Positions 55,086 through 64,000 of a stretch of 64,000 nt of DNA are shown one piece after another; position 1 is the stretch's first letter; each line of letters opens with the position of its first letter. This DNA is from a virus (lineage: Duplodnaviria > Caudoviricetes). The position numbers were made by a program, and so were the translations under genes. Below the pieces are notes generated by a model. It saw only the letters and a list, made by a program, of their open reading frames with translations. It ran no database searches and was not told the origin of the DNA. The stretch is taken from positions 3,050 to 67,049 of IMG/VR virus record IMGVR_UViG_3300021400_000331; one strand, given 5' to 3'.

Positions 55086-55817
55086 ATGAATCAGACTACC
55101 AACATACGAAGGATCCTTGATCGGGTGATGCGGCATCCGATGCTTCGCGATATCCCGTTCGAGACCGCAGTTGAATATGCCGTGGACTTCATCTCCCTGA
55201 TGGGAACGCCGGGGCTCTATACAGAGAAGACTGCAATCATCAAGATTGAGAATTGGCGCGGTGCTCTTCCGTGCGACTTTGAGCATATGATCCAGGTACG
55301 TGTTACAAGCCAGCAGCACAGCCGTAGATGGATTGACTGCCACTTCGGTCCGGTTCCGCTGACGTATCGTGTTTCTGGTCACTCTTTCCATATGTCGGAT
55401 ATCAAGCCGAATTCCGGACTTACAGGAGAACTGACATACAAGATTCAGGGAATGGTGATCTTTACCTCAACGAAGGACGTAGACGTTGAGATCGCGTATC
55501 GTGCATTTGCTACGGACGATGAGGGTTATCCTCTCCTTCCCGACAATACGAGCTTTCTTCGTGGTCTGGAGAACTACATCAAGCTTCAATGGTTCACCGT
55601 AATGTTCGACATGGGCAAGATATCCCAGGCGGTATTGCAGAATGCTCAGCAGGAATATGCTTGGGCTGCGGGTGATGCCCAGAGTGAATTCTCCCGCCTG
55701 ACTCTTGATGAAGCGGAGACCCTGTTCAATTCGTTCAAGACTCTGCTTCCGCGCAACCATGAACACTGGAAGGCATTCTTCGATAACGGAGCAAAGGAAA
55801 TTTGGAAAAGACATTAG
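55086..55817 (+). CDS. Tail ring protein
   Basis: RRILDRVMRHPML, IENWRGALPCD, DDEGYPLLPDN. Confidence 0.75.
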   Translation: MNQTTNIRRILDRVMRHPMLRDIPFETAVEYAVDFISLMGTPGLYTEKTAIIKIENWRGALPCDFEHMIQVRVTSQQHSRRWIDCHFGPVPLTYRVSGHSFHMSDIKPNSGLTGELTYKIQGMVIFTSTKDVDVEIAYRAFATDDEGYPLLPDNTSFLRGLENYIKLQWFTVMFDMGKISQAVLQNAQQEYAWAAGDAQSEFSRLTLDEAETLFNSFKTLLPRNHEHWKAFFDNGAKEIWKRH

Positions 55818-55820
55818 GAT

Positions 55821-58800
55821 ATGCAGCAGAAAGCTTTTACTCTTCAAAACAAAGGCATGAACCGAGACCTCTCCATCTCCAAGGCTGGGGAGTCTTCTGC
55901 ATATGAGAACCACAACATCCGTATTACCGCCACCGATCACGATACGCTCCTGTCCGTCACAAATGAGCGTGGTACGAAGGAGGTTGTTCTCAACTCCACG
56001 ATTGAGGGCACGCTGATTGGGTGGAACGTACTGAATAAACACATCATTCTTTTCACTCACGAAGATCCGAACGTTGATCGCATCTATCGTGTAGACTATG
56101 ATGGTGAGAATTTCCGTGTTGTATATGGCGCTGCCGACTACGATTCGAACAACATCAATACAGACGTCCTCGTTCTTGATGCTCCAATCTTCCAGGGCGA
56201 TCTTGGCTTCAACGTTAAAAATCCGATTGAGTCTGTTGTCTATTTTGAAACAGAAGCTATCCAGAAAATCTATTGGGTAGATGGGCTTCACGTCCTGCGC
56301 TTCATGAACTTCATGGCTTCGAGAACCGAAGTGGAGAGTTGGGATAAATACACATTCGACTCTAATCGCTTTGCAGACTTCGATGTCAATGTCGAAATAT
56401 CCAAAGACTATTCTGGTAACACAAGAGCCAACGGCGTCGTCCAGTATCTTTTGACATACTATAATAAGCATGGTCAGGAAACCGGATATGTCTGGATTTC
56501 CGATCTGGTTTATCTGTCTCCAAAGAATATCGGCGGAGCTGCTGACGGGACGAATAATTGTCGTGTAACGCTCTCTATTACTTTTGATAAGAATAATACA
56601 TTCGACAGCTATCGTGTCTATTCTATTTTCAGAAGCGCACTTAATGGAGAAGCTATTGCCTATCTTGTAGGCGAAGGTAGTATTGGTTCCGAAGTTACAG
56701 TTATCGACGATGGAGCTCATCTTACGACAGAGGACGTTGGAAGAATGCTTTATCTCGGAAGCCAGAATCTGATTGCGTCTACTCTTGCCCACAAGGACCA
56801 GACGTTGTTCCTCGGAGGACTTGAATCTACTGGGCAGGACTATAGTGCAATCAAGCAGGCCATTTCTGATTCAGGTATGTATGACCACGATACTGGTCTT
56901 ACGTCGGCCACACCTGATAGAACAAAGAATTGGATTTATTTCGAGTATTCGAGCGATATTCCATATACGATCCCTTCTACCCAGTATGAATATAACAGCC
57001 AGCTTGAATATGGTTCTTCGAAAGTTCTGACGTTCAAGGGCGGTGAGAAGTATCGTTTCGGCGTAGTATTCAAGAAATCCGACGGTTCTGACACATCCGC
57101 ATTCTGGATTGGAGACGCCATCAATACGCTTTATCCCGTTATAGATGCTAACAATAATGTAATTAAGCGTGTTGTCGCCCGGTGTACTTTGCCTGTGGCA
57201 ATCTACGATTTGATGCCACAGTACGAATTCGTTTCTGCTCAAGTTGTGATAGCCGAAGCGACTTATGCTGATCGTTCTGTCAAAGCGCAGGGCATTATCA
57301 ACCCGACTGTATTCAATGTTTGGGATCGGTTCAATAACAGGCTGTATGGAATGTCGTCCTGGATCTCTCGTCCGAGGGGTTCCGGGTTCGCTTTCAAGCA
57401 CTTCGCTCCGATAAACAACTCCACGGAGTCTTCTGGGGAAATCGACTGTAACTATTGGACGAGCACAACAGATCCTGCTCCTTATTACCAGCTCGTAGAC
57501 TATAACGCACAGACGCCGTCTTACGATGCTGTCTATGATGGGATGCCGAATTACGACAAGATAATGGTCGTATATGAAATCAGTTGTTATAAGAACTGGA
57601 CCGGATTCGTTAACAAATATCGCTCTTCCGTGTTCGTGCTTATGGCAAAGGTTGATAGCGGTAACGAATCTAAGCTGGAGGAGTATGTGTTTCCGTCTGA
57701 CTTCTTTGCTAGGGAAAACGAGACACGAAACAGCTCGATTGATTATATTCGAAGATTCGATAAAGTCGAAACCGTAAATAGCGAGAATCAGATTGTCTTC
57801 TCTATTTTCGGATATGAGACGGATTGGTTTGAGAATAACACGACGGGCGACCCGAGCAAAAAGAAGGCATATAACGATGTCGTTGATTATTTACAGAATG
57901 ATCTTGGCCTAACCAATTCAAATCTGATTGTAGATTATGAAACTTTTTACCAGTGGTGTGAAAAAACGCCGGTAAAAGACAAACGGTACTTTAACCTTCA
58001 AGCGACGAATGGTAATAGTGGATTCTCTGAACTTCAACAGGCATTGAACGGAGTCGAATCCACCGGACAAGATTTCCGCAATCGGACTTGGATTAGTGAG
58101 AATTTCAGTAAGGCGTCAAAGGATATTTCCTACACTCCGGCATATTACAAGAAACATCTCATGTTCGTTGACGAGAATCTTATTACGTTGGACTCTCCTG
58201 AACTTGCATATGAGGCTATTTCGTTTGACAAAGCAGATGGGTATAAACTACGAATTGTAGGCGCCGCAAAGATTACCGGTGGGATCAGCGACTATGTCGT
58301 CGATGCCCAGCATAGCAAACTCTCTGGCGAGAACTTGATTAAAGAGAACTTCGGCAGTACCGTTACATCCGGTAATTTGGATGGCCTGATTTCTTGGCCA
58401 CTCTGGGCGGAGAAAGACCTTGATGTTACCGATGACGGTGAGAAGAAAGAACTTGAAGATAGAACCTCATCTGACTACACGTGGGGGCCTGGCATTACTA
58501 GCTATTGGCTTCACATGTGGAACCATGCAGGGAAGATTAGTGGCTTTACCGATGAAGACGGGAGCGACTATTCTCTACTCCATTCTAAGATCTTTGCCAA
58601 TCTTCGTTTTGCCGGCACGACTGTTTATGATCGTAATGCTATCAATGCGTTCGTTTTTGACGAGACGAACGGGTATCTCGGTATTGACTCTCTTCGCGTA
58701 TTCAATAGTGTCGGCAGTCAATATTACAATATCAATATCAGCAATGAAACGAGATACTATAACGGATCGGCGGATATTTCATTATCCATGCCAGGCAGTC

Positions 58801-60794
58801 ACAGATATCCCGTCCTTAATAGTGGCTATAATCCAGACCCAACGAAGCCCACGTCGGAGGGCAATGCATATCTTTATTTGAAAGATCCAGTGCAGATTGC
58901 CTATCTCTCCTCTCTGCATGCCGTTATCGCTCTTCATACGAGTTCAAATCAGACTATTAACGGACTGAATTATCCTGTGTATATGCAAGACATCCTTCCT
59001 CGGATGTTTGATAGCGAGACGTATGATAACGTTGGTCACAATCCTTCGATTTCCGGTCCGCTGGTTCCCTGGATAAACGTCAAGACCGATGCTGTCGGAT
59101 ATCCGTATAAGGACTATTATGCATTCCAGAAGCAATTTGAACTGCATCCGGATTCAGATTCTGCCACAATAGAAGACGGAGATCGGTATTTGTTTATCGG
59201 CGAGATTTACCAGGAATTTACTGGCAGTGAGTACGGCGGAATCACGGATTCCGATATCGAAAAGAATAGATTCATTTCCGCAGGCGCATTCATCCGCAAG
59301 AAAGATATGCAAATTGAATCCGCCTCAATATCTCACGGCGCCGTACAGACATATGGTTATTCCATTCTCGCTGATCAGGGAGACACCTATTTCCAGCGTT
59401 GGGATTGTCTCAAGACGAAGCCTACCTCAAATGCCCCGGTGAATGGAGTTATCGACATTACGTCTGTAATGCTTGAATCGCATATCAATCTTGATGGTCG
59501 TACTGATCTCCAGAGGGGAATCAGTGCGCTTGCATCTATCAACACGGAGCAATTTGGTAGCCTCAATCCTGTCTATTCCCAGACGAATAATTTCTTTGCA
59601 AAGAGAAATCTTGACGAAGATTTTGACCAGGATACGTACAAGTCCTCTATTACTTGGACGCTGGACAAATCTGATTCTGCCGAGGTAGACGAATGGACGC
59701 ACATCACTCTTGCGAATACGCTCAAGCTCGATGGAGACAAAGGAGCCTGTCGTGCGATACGGAGATTCCAGAACAGTCTCATTGCATTCCAGGACAGGGC
59801 GATCTCCGAGATACTGTTCAATTCTCGCACGCAGATTGCGACTACCGATGGGGTTCCGATTGAGATTGCGAACTCCGGTAAGGTTGATGGCAAGCGCTAT
59901 ATTTCCAATAAGTACGGCTGTACGAACAAATGGTCTATCGTTGAGGGAAAGGCGGCTCTCTACTTTGTCGACAATATCAATAAGGCATTCTGCGCGTTTA
60001 ACGGAAACATCAATGCGTTGTCTACCGAGAAGGGCTTCAATGCTTGGTTCCGTAGAAGGAATAATACTGAGGCTTGGACTCCGGATCTGTTTAACAACTT
60101 CGTTTCCTTCTACGATAGGGTTAACTCTGATGTCTATCTCGTCGGGAAGGAAGACGAAGAAGGGAGACCGACGCTTGTCTACAACGAACTTCTCGGTGAA
60201 TTTACGAGCTTCTACGATTACGATTCCGTTCCGATGATGGCCAATGTCGAGGACAGATTCGTCTCGTTCAAAAACAATAAACTCTGGCTCCAGAATGAAG
60301 GGCTTTATTGTAATTTCTTCGGTTCACAGTATGATTACTGGATCCAGTATCGCGTGACTCCTAATCCGTACACCGATAAGATTTGGTCCGGTATCGACTA
60401 CCGAGCAGACTTCTATCGTGTTCTCGATGAAGACGGAACCAATCTCTATCCGGAATCCGAGATGATTCGTGGTGATTACTTTGACGATAACGAGGGAGTC
60501 TACCAGGAGAACACGACGTTCGATAATCTGGAGATCACTAACGAGTACCAGAAGGCCAATATTGATTTCGGGAAGGATTATTACAGCCAGGATCCCGCGA
60601 GGAAGAAGTTCCGTATTTGGAGACTGACCATCCCGAGAGCACAGGCTACCGAGTCGAACAAGTATGGACTTGATCGGATCCGCAATCCTTGGATCAATCT
60701 GACGTTCAAGAAGAAGCTTTCCGAATCGAACGACGCTGACGCCAACAAGGATTTGATGCAGTTACATGATATGATTGTAAGATATTTCGAGTAG
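55821..60794 (+). CDS. Tail muzzle/stabilisation protein (P22 gp10-like beta-propeller)
   Basis: 1657 aa; GMNRDLS...N.RI, TNERG, VPIEIANSGKVDG, KKFRIWR, RIRNPW. Confidence 0.85.
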   Translation: MQQKAFTLQNKGMNRDLSISKAGESSAYENHNIRITATDHDTLLSVTNERGTKEVVLNSTIEGTLIGWNVLNKHIILFTHEDPNVDRIYRVDYDGENFRVVYGAADYDSNNINTDVLVLDAPIFQGDLGFNVKNPIESVVYFETEAIQKIYWVDGLHVLRFMNFMASRTEVESWDKYTFDSNRFADFDVNVEISKDYSGNTRANGVVQYLLTYYNKHGQETGYVWISDLVYLSPKNIGGAADGTNNCRVTLSITFDKNNTFDSYRVYSIFRSALNGEAIAYLVGEGSIGSEVTVIDDGAHLTTEDVGRMLYLGSQNLIASTLAHKDQTLFLGGLESTGQDYSAIKQAISDSGMYDHDTGLTSATPDRTKNWIYFEYSSDIPYTIPSTQYEYNSQLEYGSSKVLTFKGGEKYRFGVVFKKSDGSDTSAFWIGDAINTLYPVIDANNNVIKRVVARCTLPVAIYDLMPQYEFVSAQVVIAEATYADRSVKAQGIINPTVFNVWDRFNNRLYGMSSWISRPRGSGFAFKHFAPINNSTESSGEIDCNYWTSTTDPAPYYQLVDYNAQTPSYDAVYDGMPNYDKIMVVYEISCYKNWTGFVNKYRSSVFVLMAKVDSGNESKLEEYVFPSDFFARENETRNSSIDYIRRFDKVETVNSENQIVFSIFGYETDWFENNTTGDPSKKKAYNDVVDYLQNDLGLTNSNLIVDYETFYQWCEKTPVKDKRYFNLQATNGNSGFSELQQALNGVESTGQDFRNRTWISENFSKASKDISYTPAYYKKHLMFVDENLITLDSPELAYEAISFDKADGYKLRIVGAAKITGGISDYVVDAQHSKLSGENLIKENFGSTVTSGNLDGLISWPLWAEKDLDVTDDGEKKELEDRTSSDYTWGPGITSYWLHMWNHAGKISGFTDEDGSDYSLLHSKIFANLRFAGTTVYDRNAINAFVFDETNGYLGIDSLRVFNSVGSQYYNINISNETRYYNGSADISLSMPGSHRYPVLNSGYNPDPTKPTSEGNAYLYLKDPVQIAYLSSLHAVIALHTSSNQTINGLNYPVYMQDILPRMFDSETYDNVGHNPSISGPLVPWINVKTDAVGYPYKDYYAFQKQFELHPDSDSATIEDGDRYLFIGEIYQEFTGSEYGGITDSDIEKNRFISAGAFIRKKDMQIESASISHGAVQTYGYSILADQGDTYFQRWDCLKTKPTSNAPVNGVIDITSVMLESHINLDGRTDLQRGISALASINTEQFGSLNPVYSQTNNFFAKRNLDEDFDQDTYKSSITWTLDKSDSAEVDEWTHITLANTLKLDGDKGACRAIRRFQNSLIAFQDRAISEILFNSRTQIATTDGVPIEIANSGKVDGKRYISNKYGCTNKWSIVEGKAALYFVDNINKAFCAFNGNINALSTEKGFNAWFRRRNNTEAWTPDLFNNFVSFYDRVNSDVYLVGKEDEEGRPTLVYNELLGEFTSFYDYDSVPMMANVEDRFVSFKNNKLWLQNEGLYCNFFGSQYDYWIQYRVTPNPYTDKIWSGIDYRADFYRVLDEDGTNLYPESEMIRGDYFDDNEGVYQENTTFDNLEITNEYQKANIDFGKDYYSQDPARKKFRIWRLTIPRAQATESNKYGLDRIRNPWINLTFKKKLSESNDADANKDLMQLHDMIVRYFE

Positions 60795-60795
60795 T

Positions 60796-61668
60796 ATGGA
60801 TTACAGTGAATATGTGAAACAGGTTCAGAATGCTCTTGGTACATACCGGGGGAGTTCTATCTTCGGGCAATCATTCCTTGATCAGTATCGAAATGCCAAT
60901 GCTGGTTTAACCAGTGCACAAGACAATTTTAATCAGCTTAATGACGCGGGGAAAGCTCAGGCGAAAGGTTTGCAATCTGGATTAAAATCCATGAAGGGGA
61001 GTGCGATTGCCGGTGGTGCCATCGCTGGATTAAGCGGGGTGTCTAATATTCTCAATACTTCTCTTAACGCCGCAAAGATTCAAGATACATCCAAGTACCA
61101 GAACCAGATTAACGATCTGAGTCGCGCCGGAGCATTCAACTACAATAATTTTGACCAACTCGCCAACGACATGTCAATGACCGATTTCAATGTCGGGATT
61201 GACTATGACGATATCCGAGGCATGGGCGGCAGCGGTGTGACGAAAGAGAAGGTCGGCGCCGTTGGCGGTTCTGCTCTATCTGGCGCTGCCACTGGATTGC
61301 AGATTGCCGGGCCTTGGGGCGCTTTAGTTGGCGGAGTTATTGGTGCAGGTGCCGGATTAGCTGGAGTTCTTGGCGGAGATCAGAAGGCAAGAATACAGGA
61401 AGATTATCTCAACCTTCAGGCGCAGAGAGCACAGAACGCAGCACAAGAGAATTTTGCCGCCGCGCATGAGCGGATCTCAGAGAATAACAATCGTTATAAC
61501 ATGGTAAATGCTGTTGCGAAAGGTGGGCAGATTCAGCGCCGTAGACAGAGCATTCTTGAATATGCAAATAAAGTTACGCGAACTCCAATTCAGAGAGAAC
61601 GTAGAGCATCCGGCATAGTCAGTATGAAATGCAACGGAGGAGTAATGGTAAGATTAAAAGCTAAATAA
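60796..61668 (+). CDS. Putative ejected cargo protein with Gly/Ala-rich TM segments
   Basis: GAVGGSALSGAATG...GALVGGVIGAGAGLAG; A.GG motifs. Confidence 0.65.
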   Translation: MDYSEYVKQVQNALGTYRGSSIFGQSFLDQYRNANAGLTSAQDNFNQLNDAGKAQAKGLQSGLKSMKGSAIAGGAIAGLSGVSNILNTSLNAAKIQDTSKYQNQINDLSRAGAFNYNNFDQLANDMSMTDFNVGIDYDDIRGMGGSGVTKEKVGAVGGSALSGAATGLQIAGPWGALVGGVIGAGAGLAGVLGGDQKARIQEDYLNLQAQRAQNAAQENFAAAHERISENNNRYNMVNAVAKGGQIQRRRQSILEYANKVTRTPIQRERRASGIVSMKCNGGVMVRLKAK

Positions 61669-61671
61669 CAT

Positions 61672-63546
61672 ATGAGCGAATTCAATACACATGGGGGCTA
61701 CTTCGCTCCCGCAGGATACATGAAAGTCGAGACCGGTGGATCTCACGAGGAGAATCCCAACGGCGGCGTTCAGATTGGCGTTGATCCCCAGGGCGTACCG
61801 AATATGCTCGAGGAAGGAGAGCCGGTATACAACGACTACGTCTTCTCAGATAATATAAAAGTTACGGAAGATATGGTCGAAAAATATAAACTTCCAAAGC
61901 AGGTTAAAGATAAGCTTTACTCTGACGCCGTTCAGTATTTTATGAACGAGGCGGAGCAGAGACCCTTCGACGCAACTTCAAGGAATGGGCTCGAAGCGAT
62001 GTTGATGCGTCTCGCGGATGCCCAGGAGGAGCAGAAACAAGCCGATGCCGCAAAAGAATTTAAAGACGCGATTGATGACATGAGCGCAGATGAACTTACC
62101 GAGCTTGCTTCAATGCTTTCTCAGCCAGAAGAATCCATATCAATTGCTCCGGAACAGGATGCGGTTATTGATATGCAAGTTCCAGTTGCGGAGGAACAAT
62201 CCATTCCTGCGCAGACTCCTATGGCAGAAGGAGGTTTTATTCGCAAATATTGGCCAGGTGGTCCGGTGTATTTTGGATATAATAATAGCCAGGCTTTTAG
62301 AAACGCATTTCCCCGGATCTTCGGACAGACAAAACTTCCGGATTATCTTCATTATGATTTAAATATTCCGGGCGGCGAAATCCAGCATTCGCTTATTTCG
62401 AGTTCTCGTCCCGATATGTCGACCAATGCCGAATTGTATGGTCCTACTGCTTTCGGATATAACAATATCGAAGCATATCGTAATGCATTCCCTGAAATAT
62501 TTGGCGGTCAGCGATTGCCGGATTTTTTGCATTATAGCAATGATCCGACAGTATTGAATTTTAATGACGAGCCGAATACTCCCGGCGTTTTGAATGTTGT
62601 CAGCCCGAGAAGTGAAAATTCCGTACCACGAGCTCCGAGTCAAAGCGCTCGTCCAGGTTGGGGCGCCATGCTCTCTAACCCCGGAATTAAGACTCCGACT
62701 AACGAACAGTCTTTATATCTTAGAGAAGTCCCGATTGTTCTCACAGACGATACGCCTTCAGATAGCATCCATGATTTAGCGAATGAGCTTGTTGCTCAGA
62801 AGCAACAGACCCCTACGTCTGAACCTGTACCCGATGAGAGTGAGGTTACGGTCGATGCGGCTAATGCTCTCCCAACCGGAGCAATGTATGCTGGAGCCGT
62901 CGGGAGCGGACTGCTTGCGCTTCAGTCTGCGTTGCAATCGCCTGATCGTTATACGATGCCTCGTGTCCAACCGTACGTTCCTGAAGGAAGAATTAATTTG
63001 CAGAATCAGAGGTATAATCCACTCGATCAGAACATGATTGCGAATACTATGCTTGCGCAGGGTAATGCCGCAGCAAGAGGTCTGCGCAATTCTGGTCTTG
63101 GGGCATCTTCTGCCGCAGCTCAACTCGCCGCGGATTATAATCTTGGCCGAAATCTCGGGACTGGTTTTATACGGGCATTGGATGCAAACAATCAGCAGCG
63201 GAATAATGTAATTGCCGCGAATAACCAAGCCGAGGCTCAACGTGCTCAATTCGATTATGGCGTTGATGCGGCAAGAAAGAATGCTTTGGCTCGAGCCGCA
63301 TATCAAAATGCCCAGTACGATGTAATGGGCCAGAGACTGAATAATCAAGCCGAGTCTGAAAAGTATGCTGCCGTAAGTCAGAATCTTAGCAATGCACTCC
63401 AAGGGCTGTCGAACATTGGGCGGCAGAATTTTATTCTAAATCAGGTTAATTCTAACCGTGCTCTTTATGACAGAGCGCTCCCGAACGGCTGGGCTTATTA
63501 CAATCCGAACTCTTATGGCGGATTCATTAAAACAATCAAGAAATAG
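61672..63546 (+). CDS. Putative ejected cargo protein
   Basis: GGSHEENPNGGVQIG...LEEGE crAss motif; N/Q/A-rich helical C-terminus; internal duplication. Confidence 0.75.
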   Translation: MSEFNTHGGYFAPAGYMKVETGGSHEENPNGGVQIGVDPQGVPNMLEEGEPVYNDYVFSDNIKVTEDMVEKYKLPKQVKDKLYSDAVQYFMNEAEQRPFDATSRNGLEAMLMRLADAQEEQKQADAAKEFKDAIDDMSADELTELASMLSQPEESISIAPEQDAVIDMQVPVAEEQSIPAQTPMAEGGFIRKYWPGGPVYFGYNNSQAFRNAFPRIFGQTKLPDYLHYDLNIPGGEIQHSLISSSRPDMSTNAELYGPTAFGYNNIEAYRNAFPEIFGGQRLPDFLHYSNDPTVLNFNDEPNTPGVLNVVSPRSENSVPRAPSQSARPGWGAMLSNPGIKTPTNEQSLYLREVPIVLTDDTPSDSIHDLANELVAQKQQTPTSEPVPDESEVTVDAANALPTGAMYAGAVGSGLLALQSALQSPDRYTMPRVQPYVPEGRINLQNQRYNPLDQNMIANTMLAQGNAAARGLRNSGLGASSAAAQLAADYNLGRNLGTGFIRALDANNQQRNNVIAANNQAEAQRAQFDYGVDAARKNALARAAYQNAQYDVMGQRLNNQAESEKYAAVSQNLSNALQGLSNIGRQNFILNQVNSNRALYDRALPNGWAYYNPNSYGGFIKTIKK

Positions 63547-63549
63547 CAT

Positions 63550-64000
63550 ATGGCGAAGTTTGTAGTTACAAGTGGTTCTTATTTCGAACCGTTCTCATAT
63601 GACGAAGTCGTCCGTCCATTGCAGCAAATGGCGGATGCTCAAAATGCGGCGGCAGACACCTACGATCAGCTTGGAATGGAAACCGAGGCGCTTCGTCGTT
63701 ACATTTCCGAGAACGAAGGCGATACTGAGGCTCGTGCTCTTTATGATAATTATGTCAATAAGCTTAATACGCTTCAAGACAATCTTTGGAAGAACGGCTA
63801 TAACGCAACAACTCGTCGTGATTTGGCCGCTGCACGTTCCGCATATGCAAGTGACATTTCCCGCATCGGAGCTGCTGTAAAGGCAAGACAGGAGCGAAGC
63901 AAGGAATACTGGGATGCCAAACATAAGAATCCTGATCTTGTTATGGGGTACGATCCCGGACAAAGCGGGCTTGATAATTATCTCCATGATGATATGTATG
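63550..64000 (+). CDS. Large cargo protein, 5' part only
   Basis: MAKFVVTSGSYFEPFSYDEVVRPL...; open to the window end. Confidence 0.75.
   Translation, partial: MAKFVVTSGSYFEPFSYDEVVRPLQQMADAQNAAADTYDQLGMETEALRRYISENEGDTEARALYDNYVNKLNTLQDNLWKNGYNATTRRDLAAARSAYASDISRIGAAVKARQERSKEYWDAKHKNPDLVMGYDPGQSGLDNYLHDDMY

Noticed and set aside
1-64000. Genome-wide stop-codon reassignment (TAG to Gln or TGA to Trp), known in some crAss-like phages
   Set aside because: Genes are full length in code 11; TAG and TGA end many genes at conserved C-termini (e.g. SSB-like DLPF-TAG); no suppressor tRNA in the window
1-64000. CRISPR array, diversity-generating retroelement, shufflon or integrase
   Set aside because: No spaced direct repeats, reverse transcriptase, A-specific TR/VR pair or recombinase motifs seen

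Overview
This window is part of a crAss-like (Crassvirales-type) phage genome infecting Bacteroidota, in the standard genetic code, and has two divergent arms. The minus-strand arm (1-20151) holds small modular accessory genes, a retropepsin-like protease, a PD-(D/E)XK nuclease, a MoxR AAA+/vWA-metallopeptidase cluster, a replication block (primase, SSB-like, Sak4-like AAA, DnaB-like helicase), small early genes and a tRNA-Ile2(CAU). A G-tract-rich switch region (about 20160-20580) precedes the plus-strand arm. That arm holds a RepL-like gene, an SLT cargo protein, a GroES-like gene, the terminase, the portal, about 10 kb of fibre/spike genes (two ending in metallophosphoesterase domains), an unexplained module (41.2-45.1 kb), lysis genes, scaffold, major capsid, tail ring/muzzle genes and cargo proteins. 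Best leads: (1) a single in-frame TAA right after the TerL Walker A; (2) the FG-rich/coiled-coil/RGG/HExxH operon at 42-45 kb; (3) tandem phosphoesterase-tipped fibres; (4) a family of long-loop stem + U-tract intergenic elements on the minus arm; (5) a shared xxGG motif in putative ejected proteins. Family assignments come from motif recognition only; no database searches were run.
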